Assembly: GCA_963666835.2 (NCBI GenBank)
Contig: CAXXGO010000006.1
Location: 384,001 to 448,000, forward strand
Direction: 5' to 3'
Source: Phycisphaerae bacterium
Lineage (GTDB): Bacteria > Planctomycetota > Phycisphaerae > UBA1845
DNA: 64,000 nucleotides
The translations under genes were made by a program, and so were the position numbers. The number at the start of each line of letters is the position of its first letter. Position 1 is the stretch's first letter. Below the pieces are notes generated by a model. The model worked only from the letters and a program-made list of their open reading frames with translations. It was not told the DNA's origin and did not search any database. This document shows, one piece after another, positions 10,681 through 19,412 of this stretch.

Positions 10681-11117
10681 AGTCCGCCCCTTAACTGGGG
10701 AACCCCTCGTGGGTCCGGTGTTGCCGTGTTTACTAGTGGGGTATGCCCGTGTGCCCTTACAGGACAGGTGGAGGACAGTAAGCAGTACCCCGACCGTTGC
10801 AGGGTTATCGACAAGTCCTGGGGAACACTGAAGAATGAATCAATTGAAACTTAGCGCCGCCATACGAGGCGCAGTGGCCGTGAACGAGGGTGGCCTCCGG
10901 GGACACGCACGGGCGGCTTCAAACGCGACGCCGCAGATCCGCGAAGACGATCGGCTTATGTTGCTCAAGCCGCCCCGAAGGTGTCACTGGCACTCTTGAT
11001 TCTCTTGTAGGGACCCCAGTTTCGCGGAAGATGCGGCCCCAGGCGGTGACGCCAGACTCGGCTCTGCCGACCACCCCGACCTTCTGCGAGAGAGTCAACC
11101 CCGGCGCGCGATCGACG

Positions 11118-11663
11118 CTACGGAGCCGCCTTCTGGTAAGGGGAGTAGATCAGGTAACTTACGACCACTTCCGCGTTCCATTTGTCGGGCTCCGGCTTGC
11201 GGGGGGTGCTGAGGCGGAGGCTCGAGATACTCACTGTGGCGTCTGAATCGATCAGGTGATATCCGAAGGAGACCAACTGCCGCATGGAGACTTCCTCAAA
11301 CGACAGCCGAGTGCCCAAGCGCTTATACGGCGAACGCGGTACGCGAACCGGCTGGGCGGGATCGTTTCCAATCCAACAGGCCTCCGCCATCTGGGCCGCA
11401 GACATGGCACTCCGGACTTGGGCGAGCAGCTCGTCGTTGGCTCGTTCGCGTTCTGCGGCCAACCGGGGCGCGGAGCGAAGGGCGGTAATCCGCTGCACAT
11501 CCCCGCTCATCTGCTCCAACTGCGTAACGAGCGTTCCATAGGAGCTGCGGTTGGAGGCCAGGCTCCGCGACTCCACCCAACTCCAAAGGCCTAAGACCAT
11601 CAACAGACAGACCAATACCGCGGTAGTCCGGCGCACAGTACTATGGTTGTGGTTATCAGTCAT
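11118..11663 (-). CDS. T2SS inner-membrane platform protein, GspM/PilO-like
   Basis: Single N-terminal TM, coiled coil, ferredoxin-like C-terminal pattern; last gene of the gsp cluster, overlapping the L-like gene. Confidence 0.6.
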   Translation of the reverse strand: MTDNHNHSTVRRTTAVLVCLLMVLGLWSWVESRSLASNRSSYGTLVTQLEQMSGDVQRITALRSAPRLAAERERANDELLAQVRSAMSAAQMAEACWIGNDPAQPVRVPRSPYKRLGTRLSFEEVSMRQLVSFGYHLIDSDATVSISSLRLSTPRKPEPDKWNAEVVVSYLIYSPYQKAAP

Positions 11664-13044
11664 CCGCTTCAGTAGACCTCACAATCGTCATCCGGAAGTC
11701 CACGGTCCCGTCCTTGCGCAACTTGGTCCGCGGCGGCTCCGCGGCCAGGCCGGGAGCCCGGTTGAGAGCTTGAACAAGATCCCCAGCCGCACCGTGGGAC
11801 GACGTCCGGCCGGCAACTGTCATACTCTCGTCATCCGCCATCAGTTCGGTCACGTGGAGCTTCAGCTTGGCGGGGATATGCTCGGCCACTCCCTGCATGA
11901 ATTCCAACACGGCCGAGCCCGGCCGGCGCGGCTCGCCGCCATCGCCACCGGTGGCGTCTGTCAGCCCCTCCAGCTTGATTCGCTCCGAACGGAGTCGCAG
12001 CGCCGCCTCCGGGGGTGCGGACTCGCCCGGATAGACTTCCGCATACACCGCGCTCCGCAACGGCCGAAGCTCCTCGGCCCCATGAACACAGGCGAGGTTC
12101 TGGAAGCGCAGCCGGACACAGAAGATCAACAGGAACACGGCCAGAGCGACAGCGCAACGCTGGAGCCGCCTCTGCACGGGCAGCCATTGCCCGGGTGAAG
12201 CCAGCGCCCCGCTCCGGAGGTTCACTGCCACGTCAGCACTCAAAGCCGCGTTGTGGATCAGTTCGAGGGACGCGGGGCGGTCGACTGCCTCCGCCGTTAC
12301 GCCGTCAGCCGCAAATGCCTGCAGCAACTCCGCAGGGACTCCCTCCGCGCGATAAGTGAGGACTTTCCAATGGGCGCAGGACGCTGCGGAACTCAGGGCT
12401 ACGCCGGCGATCTGCCGCTTTACCTGTTCGACATCCGGTGTGGCCGGTGATGCCGCGTTGTGAATCTGAGCAAGCTCGCCGGAGGACGAGTTCAACACGG
12501 CCAGACTTATATGCCGCTCGTCCAGCAGCGCCAGACCGTGCGTACCGCTACCGCGATCAGCGTCAATAGAACCGCCGAGCAACAATACATCCACAACGAT
12601 GTCTTCGACAACGATATTGCACGCTTCGATGCGTTCGATCAGTCCGGCCAGCGGGTCGGTGAAGACGCCGACTACCACCGCTCGTTTGCGGTCCAGCCGA
12701 CCGACCGCACACGTCAGGCTCTCCAAATCAACCGGGACGAATTGCTCGAACTCGAACAATGCGGCTTGGTCGTCCCACTTGTCTTCGGGTAGATCTACAA
12801 CGTGTATCAAGCACCAGCCGGCCGGGATCACCAGGCGGCACGCGGACCCGTGTGGTAAATCGCTCTTAAGGTGCGGACAGAGTTCATCCGCCAGCGGATC
12901 GAGATCGTGCTTCTTTCGGGGCAGCACACCGCACCCGATCGCGTATTCGTGCAGGTCTACGCAAGATGAGCGGCGTTGCTGCCTTTCATAGCGGGCAACG
13001 AACGTGGCCTCGTCGGATACCTGGATTATCGTCTGCGGTGTCAC
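11656..13044 (-). CDS. gspL: T2SS GspL-like protein (cytoplasmic actin-like domain, TM, PilN-like periplasmic domain)
   Basis: ALFEFEQFVPVDLE and VNLRSGALA motifs, TM near aa 300, C-terminal beta/alpha pattern; position in the operon. Confidence 0.7.
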   Translation of the reverse strand: MTPQTIIQVSDEATFVARYERQQRRSSCVDLHEYAIGCGVLPRKKHDLDPLADELCPHLKSDLPHGSACRLVIPAGWCLIHVVDLPEDKWDDQAALFEFEQFVPVDLESLTCAVGRLDRKRAVVVGVFTDPLAGLIERIEACNIVVEDIVVDVLLLGGSIDADRGSGTHGLALLDERHISLAVLNSSSGELAQIHNAASPATPDVEQVKRQIAGVALSSAASCAHWKVLTYRAEGVPAELLQAFAADGVTAEAVDRPASLELIHNAALSADVAVNLRSGALASPGQWLPVQRRLQRCAVALAVFLLIFCVRLRFQNLACVHGAEELRPLRSAVYAEVYPGESAPPEAALRLRSERIKLEGLTDATGGDGGEPRRPGSAVLEFMQGVAEHIPAKLKLHVTELMADDESMTVAGRTSSHGAAGDLVQALNRAPGLAAEPPRTKLRKDGTVDFRMTIVRSTEADD

Positions 13045-13075
13045 GGAAGACCGTCCATCCCTAATATCGACCTTG

Positions 13076-13597
13076 TCATCTTCGTTGGCTCTTACTCTTC
13101 TTGCGTTGTTCGGGCACTTTGATCTCGTAGACCCGGCTCCCGCTTCGCACCTTCGCCCAGCCCGGGCCGATTTTGGAGATGGCCAGGCCGTCTATCGTTG
13201 ACCCGGACGGACGAACGCGCAAGTCCCCGCCGGTCGTAATGAACACGCCCCATCCTTGCTCGTGCTCGATGAAGGTGGCTATCAGCTTCGGCAATGCCAC
13301 CGGCTTGGGGGGCGGCGGTGGTTTCGGAGGCGGGGGCGGCGGTTTGGGCGGCGGCTCAATGAGCACCTGGCGCAAGTCCCGCTCCCAGATTCCGGAAAGC
13401 TGGTTCAGAGTGAGGTCGTCATCCGATCCGGGCTCATTCGATTCCGCGCCGCCGGCAGCCGAGGCGAGTCGAGGGCCGGGTAGCGGTTTGATCAACAGCA
13501 CGCTGTCGATGGCGAGCCAGACCGCACCCGCTATGATGCCCCATTGGGTGAATCGCGCCAGACGCTCCATCCGTCCGATCGACCGCAACGTCGCCAC
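13076..13597 (-). CDS. Short GspC/PilP-like membrane protein (TM, Pro-rich linker, HR-like domain)
   Basis: TM, EPPPKPPPPPPKPPPPP linker, then LPKLIATFIE..GWGVF..GSTIDGLAISKIGPGWAKV, which resembles GspC HR domains. Confidence 0.55.
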   Translation of the reverse strand: MATLRSIGRMERLARFTQWGIIAGAVWLAIDSVLLIKPLPGPRLASAAGGAESNEPGSDDDLTLNQLSGIWERDLRQVLIEPPPKPPPPPPKPPPPPKPVALPKLIATFIEHEQGWGVFITTGGDLRVRPSGSTIDGLAISKIGPGWAKVRSGSRVYEIKVPEQRKKSKSQRR

Positions 13598-14319
13598 TAC
13601 ATCGCCCCCCTAAAGAGAGCCTGGGGCTTGGCACCGTCCAGAGCCACGACGACATACCACCGGCGAATGTCCGGACCGATAGAGGTAACGACCTCCAGAC
13701 CCATCAACCGGCCCGAGGCCTGCCAGAACGTGAGTAGATCCGACCAGACCTTCTCGGAGTCGCGTTTGAACGGATCTTGGTCCTGCAATTGCCGACGGAA
13801 CACTCCGTTCGGACTCTGCGGTTGGACCAACTGATCGAACCACACGAAGCTCGGCCAGCCTTCGGTCTCCTTGGTCCGGTGGATCGGGCGGAGTTTGATC
13901 TCCTCCTCGGCCAGCTCATTGGCTCGGGCGAGTTGGCGGAGGCGCTCCGTCGGGCCGGCCTCGCCGGTGGACCCGCGAACGCGGAGCTTCTCACTCTCGG
14001 CCTGGACGGCACATTTGACCTCGCAGGGTCCGACCGTCATCTGGACTAGCCGCCGATCAGTTTCCTTGCCGGGAGCGGGGGCCTTCTCCAGCAACTTGGG
14101 GAGATGTCGGATCAAGCTGTCCACCGCCAGCTCATGATCGAGGTCCAAGGCAACGTAGTCGGCCCGCACGGTCTCGGTAGCGGCCAGCATGGCCAGCCCC
14201 GTTCCCGTCGCGGACAACATCGCCACGAGCATGAGCACCAGCACCAACGCGAACGCCCGTTTCGGACGGCCGCTTGTCCTGATCGTTTTCCCCATGGCAA
14301 CGACTCTAGCTTTGCTCAC
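13597..14319 (-). CDS. gspK: T2SS minor pseudopilin GspK-like
   Basis: KRA|FALVLVLMLVAMLS prepilin-like N-terminus lacking Glu+5, as typical of GspK; follows gspJ. Confidence 0.6.
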   Translation of the reverse strand: MSKARVVAMGKTIRTSGRPKRAFALVLVLMLVAMLSATGTGLAMLAATETVRADYVALDLDHELAVDSLIRHLPKLLEKAPAPGKETDRRLVQMTVGPCEVKCAVQAESEKLRVRGSTGEAGPTERLRQLARANELAEEEIKLRPIHRTKETEGWPSFVWFDQLVQPQSPNGVFRRQLQDQDPFKRDSEKVWSDLLTFWQASGRLMGLEVVTSIGPDIRRWYVVVALDGAKPQALFRGAM

Positions 14320-14938
14320 GTTGCTTCTCTATCACTACCGTACGCGTCTCGACCTTTCCGCCGTCCGCATCCCAATGGCAGGCAAGGCGAAGTCCGGCTG
14401 GGCGCTTCTCTCCAACGCCCTGAGCCGGCGCTCGGGCAGACCAACCGCTGCCCCAGTTGGCTTCGACAACTGCCTCCGTCAGGCGTTTCGTCAGATACTG
14501 CCGACGTACGACCGGCACGGTCTGGGTCAGGTCCGTAACCTCGCGCACGAGCTTCCGATTCCCGTCTCGAGTTCCAGCGTCTTCCACTACATAACTCACC
14601 TTCGCGGGCATTCGGCGGCGGGTGAACGCTTCCGGATCCGGCACGGCTGCGAGGCAAAAGACCTCGAGGATCCGCCCGGGCTCCGGGTTGATGCGGATGG
14701 CCTGAACATCCTCGGGCAGCCCCGTCAACGCGGAGCGGAGATCCTCCTCAAACTGTTCGTACACCCGCACCCGCTCCCAGCGGCGGGCCACGGCCGCCTT
14801 GGCGCTGGACTCCGCCCGCAGGGCGTGCACGGCGATGCCACAGGTCATAGCGACGACCGTTCCGGCCAACATGGTGGCGAGCATGACCTCCACCAAGGTG
14901 AAGCCTCCCCGTCGTCGGACTATGCGTCGCCGCTTCAT
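14306..14938 (-). CDS. gspJ: T2SS minor pseudopilin GspJ-like (start moved to ATG 14938)
   Basis: MKRRRIVRRRGG|FTLVEVMLA type IV prepilin motif. Confidence 0.75.
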   Translation of the reverse strand: MKRRRIVRRRGGFTLVEVMLATMLAGTVVAMTCGIAVHALRAESSAKAAVARRWERVRVYEQFEEDLRSALTGLPEDVQAIRINPEPGRILEVFCLAAVPDPEAFTRRRMPAKVSYVVEDAGTRDGNRKLVREVTDLTQTVPVVRRQYLTKRLTEAVVEANWGSGWSARAPAQGVGEKRPAGLRLACHWDADGGKVETRTVVIEKQREQS

Positions 14939-14952
14939 TCCGCCGGTCTCCG

Positions 14953-15375
14953 TTACGATGACGACCCCTCGTCGGCAACCAACCAGACGAACGCGCGAGT
15001 CCACGGTCGATGCCGGTTGTGCGGGTCCTCGAAGGTCAGAACAAGCCGCACTTCGGTGGCCGAGACTCCCTCGGCGATCTTCACCGAGCCGGATGATCGG
15101 CTCCACGTCCAGTTCTCATAGCCGGTTACCGCCCCCGATCCGTTTGCCTGGATGTTCGCCTTCTCCAGAGTCCACTCGGCCACGAGTTCGCGGGCTATGT
15201 GCTGCGCCTTAAGCTGCTGTTGGGACGTATGCAGCCGCGCAACCGCGGCCGACATCGCCACGAGCATAGTCGTCACGGCTCCGGCGGAGATGGTCAGCGC
15301 CGCCATGACCTCAATCAAGGTAAGCGCCCGCATCCTCTGCCGCGATCGGGCCCGTATTGTCATAGTCCTGTTCAC
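14953..15375 (-). CDS. gspI: T2SS minor pseudopilin GspI-like
   Basis: RMRA|LTLIEVMAALTI prepilin-like motif; about 140 aa; position. Confidence 0.7.
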   Translation of the reverse strand: MNRTMTIRARSRQRMRALTLIEVMAALTISAGAVTTMLVAMSAAVARLHTSQQQLKAQHIARELVAEWTLEKANIQANGSGAVTGYENWTWSRSSGSVKIAEGVSATEVRLVLTFEDPHNRHRPWTRAFVWLVADEGSSS

Positions 15376-15881
15376 CGCTGCTCCTGGTCAGCGTACTCGA
15401 GCCGCTCGATTCCGGTGTAGCCGTCTATTACCACGCACGCGCGCATCTGCGCTCGGTTTCTCAATCTCACCTCGTGGTTCGCACTCGTGTCGTTGGGAGT
15501 GATCATTATCTGTTGCGGCGCGGTCGGGTCGGTGTCGACCTGATCCGCCCCGGCGATTGTCACCCCCGTGATCCGCACTCCGTCCACCAGGTCCACCTGG
15601 GCAATACTGCGCCATCCCCACTCGCCGTCGCGTTCGACCGGCTCCGCCAACACACACCGGCGACCGGCCAGCTTCAAAGCATGCGATCGCCCCGAACGCG
15701 TTGCTCTCACCAATCCGGTGCGATAGACCGCTCCGATCTGGGTCGCCGCGGCTCCGAACGCCGCCCGGGCGGACAGGCCGTGCGTGCCGACGGTGACGAT
15801 CCCGATCGCGGTTACCATCACCGCCACCACGACCATCAGCTCGATTAACGTGAACGCTAAACGCCGCCGCAAACTGCCCAT
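15372..15881 (-). CDS. gspH: T2SS minor pseudopilin GspH-like
   Basis: RRRLA|FTLIELMVVV motif; directly after gspG. Confidence 0.7.
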   Translation of the reverse strand: MGSLRRRLAFTLIELMVVVAVMVTAIGIVTVGTHGLSARAAFGAAATQIGAVYRTGLVRATRSGRSHALKLAGRRCVLAEPVERDGEWGWRSIAQVDLVDGVRITGVTIAGADQVDTDPTAPQQIMITPNDTSANHEVRLRNRAQMRACVVIDGYTGIERLEYADQEQR

Positions 15882-16327
15882 TAGTCCGGCTCCTGCTCAT
15901 CCCAACTCGTCACGTCGGCTTGAGCCCCGACGCCACCCTCCTGCCCATCGGCGCCGTAGCTGAGCAGGTCATACGGGCCGCGGGTGCCGGGGAAGATATA
16001 GACGTAGTCGTTTCCCCACGGGTCTTGCAGATCGTTGCTTATCATGCCGTTGGGATGCTGTGGCGTCTTGGCGCGCAGAGCTTCCAGCCCGTCGTCGTAT
16101 GACGGGTACCGGTCGTTCTCCATGAAGTACAGCTCCAGGGCGTTCTTTATCGTGGCCACTTCGCTTCGAGCCACGTTCTGCTTGGCAGTGACCAGGTAGT
16201 CCGAAACCGACAGCGTAACGGCCGTGGCCATCACACCCACGATCACCACCACGACCATAAGTTCCACGAGCGTGAAGCCCCGTTCCGCCAAGATCTCTAT
16301 CAGACGTTTCTTCATCTGTTCGTCCAC
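15881..16327 (-). CDS. gspG: T2SS major pseudopilin GspG
   Basis: RG|FTLVELMVVVVIVG; ALELY...YP; DPWGNDYVY..PG; SYGADGQEGG. Confidence 0.95.
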   Translation of the reverse strand: MDEQMKKRLIEILAERGFTLVELMVVVVIVGVMATAVTLSVSDYLVTAKQNVARSEVATIKNALELYFMENDRYPSYDDGLEALRAKTPQHPNGMISNDLQDPWGNDYVYIFPGTRGPYDLLSYGADGQEGGVGAQADVTSWDEQEPD

Positions 16328-16329
16328 CT

Positions 16330-17538
16330 CTATTGAATCGTCCGGGTCGCCTCGAGGATCGGCATCATCGTGGCGAAGACCACGTAACCCACTGCCGCGG
16401 ACATGACGACAATGAGTACCGGCTCCAGAATGGAGGTCGCCTTCTCAATCGCCAGGCGGACTTCCATCTCATACCCTTCCTTGAGTTGCGTCAGCATCTC
16501 CGTCAGTTCCCCCGTGTTCTGGCCGACATTCACGATGCGGGCCACAAGCGGCGGAAACACCCGCGATCCCTCGAGGGTGGGGGCGATGTCACTCCCGCGC
16601 TGGATGGCTTGCTCCATATCGCCGAGTTCATCCGCCAACAGAAGATGCCCCGTCGTGGACCGTACAAGGCGCAGAGCCTCCAGGAACGACACGCCGCTAC
16701 GAAGCAACAACGACATGCTCTGGGCGAACTGGGCGATTACGCCCTTGCGGATCAGCGTGCCGATTACCGGCGTACGCAACTGCCCCGCGTGATACCAGCG
16801 TTTACCCGTGGGCCAACGCAAGAACGCCGTTGCCAGGGCGATCAGCAACACTCCAGCCAGCGCCAGCGCCGCCCAATGCTGAGTAACGCAATCGCTGATC
16901 GACTTGAGCACCATGGTACTGGTGGGCAACGAGCTTCCCGAGGCCTCCAGCACCGAGAGCAACTGCGGGATCACGTACGACATCAGGAACAGCACGACCC
17001 CGCTCCCCACTACGGCCAGGACCATCGGGTACGCCAAAGCACTGAACACGCGCGTCTTGACACTCTCCCGCTCCCGAATGAACGTCGCCAGCTCCGCCAG
17101 GGATCGTTCCATGCTCCCGGCCGTCTGCCCGACCTCGACGGCACTGCAGAAGACGTTGTCGAACCATGATTCGTGCATGCGCAGAGCGTCGCCGAACGCA
17201 CTTCCGGAACGCACTCGATCACGCAGATCACGAAGGACCGGGGTCAGCTTCCCGCGGGACTGTTGGGCCAGGACCCCGATAGCTTCGGCCAGCGGCACCC
17301 CGGCGCGGAGCAGCATTGACAACTGCCGGGCGAACTCGGCCACGTGTTCCTGACGTTTGGCCTTGCGCGTTCGGCGGAGAGAGATCTTCTTCTCCTTGAA
17401 CGCTACGGCCTCGAACTCCAGAAGCCTCAGACCGTCCTGTCTGAGGGTCTGCCGCCCGGACGCCGGCGTATCGGCCGTCAGCACCCCGGAAGTCAGGGCT
17501 CCCCCTCGATCGCGGGCTTTGTATGCGAATACCGGCAA
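16330..17538 (-). CDS. gspF: T2SS inner-membrane protein GspF
   Basis: FAYKARD..G; RQLSMLLRAGVPL; ALAYP; LEPVLIV; three TM segments. Confidence 0.95.
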   Translation of the reverse strand: MPVFAYKARDRGGALTSGVLTADTPASGRQTLRQDGLRLLEFEAVAFKEKKISLRRTRKAKRQEHVAEFARQLSMLLRAGVPLAEAIGVLAQQSRGKLTPVLRDLRDRVRSGSAFGDALRMHESWFDNVFCSAVEVGQTAGSMERSLAELATFIRERESVKTRVFSALAYPMVLAVVGSGVVLFLMSYVIPQLLSVLEASGSSLPTSTMVLKSISDCVTQHWAALALAGVLLIALATAFLRWPTGKRWYHAGQLRTPVIGTLIRKGVIAQFAQSMSLLLRSGVSFLEALRLVRSTTGHLLLADELGDMEQAIQRGSDIAPTLEGSRVFPPLVARIVNVGQNTGELTEMLTQLKEGYEMEVRLAIEKATSILEPVLIVVMSAAVGYVVFATMMPILEATRTIQ

Positions 17539-17582
17539 TCCACGCCTCCTCCGCGTCCGTCAGGTCCCGTCGGCTCCCGCTT

Positions 17583-19412
17583 TCAGTCGCGCCCGGTTGG
17601 CCCGTAATACGTCGGCGCGAGAATCTCGTCCTCAACCGTCGCCACCACATCGCCGGGTTCGTCCTGGCAACTGGTTCGCGACAGTTCCTGGACGGTCGTC
17701 TGCCCGTTTAACAGCTTCACTACCGCCTGCTGACGAAGCGTGGTCATCCCCGCAGCCATCGCGCGCTGCTTAATGGCAGACGACTTGGCCCGCCCGATGA
17801 TCAACTCGCGGATCGTCTCATCGACCTCGAGCAGTTCGAATATCCCCTCTCTACCGGAGTAGCCCGTCCCCCCGCATGATTCACAACCGTTGCGGTGGGC
17901 GACGCTAGTCCCGGCCTTCTCTCGGGCGATGTTCAACATCAGCCGATCTTCCTCGGTCAGTGCTGCGCTGGTGCGGCACTCCGGGCAGACAACCCGCAGG
18001 AGACGCTGAGCGAGGACCGCGGCCAGACTGCTGGCAACTAGGAACGGCTCGATTCCCAAATCCAAGAGCCGCGTGACCGCCCCGGCCGCATCGTTGGTGT
18101 GCAGAGTGCTGAATACGAGATGGCCGGTCATGGAACTCTGGATGGCCATCCGGGCCGTCTCCTCGTCCCGAATCTCGCCGACCATGATGATGTCCGGATC
18201 CTGCCGAAGCACGGCCCGGAGTCCCGTAGCGAAGGTCATACCCTTCTTGGCCGAGACCTGGGTCTGACTGATCCCGGGAAGCTGATACTCGATCGGATCC
18301 TCCAGGGTGAGGATGTTCTTCTCCTGGCAGTCCAGGTGCTGCAGGGCGGCGTAGAGGGTGGTGGACTTGCCGGACCCGGTCGGGCCCGTCACCAGGATGA
18401 TCCCGTGTGTTCGATCGAGAAGCCGCTCCAATCTCAATCGCTCATCGTCCTCCATACCCAGCTCGGTCATGCTGTATAGCCGGGTGGATTTGTCCAATAG
18501 TCGAATGACCACACGCTCCCCGTGGCTGGTCGGTATGACGCTGATGCGGAGGTCCACTGACTTGTCACCCACTCGAACCGAGGTTCGACCGTCTTGGGCG
18601 ATGCGTTTCTCGGCGATGTCCATTCCCCCGAGGACCTTGATCCGGCTGGCGACCTCGTCCAGCAGGTGATCGGGGACTTCGAGAATGTCGTAGAGGACTC
18701 CGTCGATCCGGTACCGCACTTGCACCTTGCCGGCCAGCGGTTGAATGTGGACATCGCTTGCCCGGCGCTTCACCGCCTCGAACAGCATCATGTTGACCAG
18801 CCGGATCACCGGCGCCCGAGAGGCCGTGTCCAGCAAATCCTGATCGCCCAACACCTCAATGTCGTCCGCGGTCTGCGATACTCCCTCCACCCCGTCCAGG
18901 ACTTCGTCGAACTCGGTATCACAATCCGCGTACGCTTCGTCCATCGCCTTCCGCACGACCGCGCTGGGGGCCAACTCGAGCCGCACCGGTTTGCCAAGTA
19001 GCGCTCCGACGTGATCGATGACGCTCAGGTCCCCGGCGCCGGACGCTACGATCGGCATATGCGTGTCCTGCTGCCGCAGTCCCAGAAGCCCGTGCCGCCG
19101 AGCGTAGCTGATCGGGATGTTGCCGAGGAACTCCGGGTCGACGTCCTCCGCGCTGATCACAGTATGGATGGGCACACCCAACAGATCAGCCAGCGCTTCG
19201 TGGTACCGGGCCTCATCGATCAGGGCTTGGTCGTTGAGATCGTACAACACCTGGATCGGCGCGCAGCCGCGCCGTTCAGCCTTGTGCACCGCATCCGCAA
19301 CCGCCTCGTCGTGAACGCCCAGACGCGACAAGACGGCTCCTGTGACGCTCACTGGCGGCGCAGGCTCGGCCGGCGGCGGAGTGTTGGCGGCAGTCCCGTC
19401 TAGCGCATCCAT
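17583..19412 (-). CDS. gspE: T2SS ATPase GspE
   Basis: ASDVHIQP; Walker A GPTGSGKSTT; LRQDPDIIMVGEIRD; TGHLVFSTLHTN; CPEC/CESC zinc motif. Confidence 0.97.
   Translation of the reverse strand: MDALDGTAANTPPPAEPAPPVSVTGAVLSRLGVHDEAVADAVHKAERRGCAPIQVLYDLNDQALIDEARYHEALADLLGVPIHTVISAEDVDPEFLGNIPISYARRHGLLGLRQQDTHMPIVASGAGDLSVIDHVGALLGKPVRLELAPSAVVRKAMDEAYADCDTEFDEVLDGVEGVSQTADDIEVLGDQDLLDTASRAPVIRLVNMMLFEAVKRRASDVHIQPLAGKVQVRYRIDGVLYDILEVPDHLLDEVASRIKVLGGMDIAEKRIAQDGRTSVRVGDKSVDLRISVIPTSHGERVVIRLLDKSTRLYSMTELGMEDDERLRLERLLDRTHGIILVTGPTGSGKSTTLYAALQHLDCQEKNILTLEDPIEYQLPGISQTQVSAKKGMTFATGLRAVLRQDPDIIMVGEIRDEETARMAIQSSMTGHLVFSTLHTNDAAGAVTRLLDLGIEPFLVASSLAAVLAQRLLRVVCPECRTSAALTEEDRLMLNIAREKAGTSVAHRNGCESCGGTGYSGREGIFELLEVDETIRELIIGRAKSSAIKQRAMAAGMTTLRQQAVVKLLNGQTTVQELSRTSCQDEPGDVVATVEDEILAPTYYGPTGRD

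Noticed and set aside
10681..11117. Possible riboswitch or ncRNA upstream of the vWA gene (9-bp inverted repeat at 10911/10967)
   Set aside because: No recognisable riboswitch consensus by eye; an Rfam/Infernal scan would be needed.
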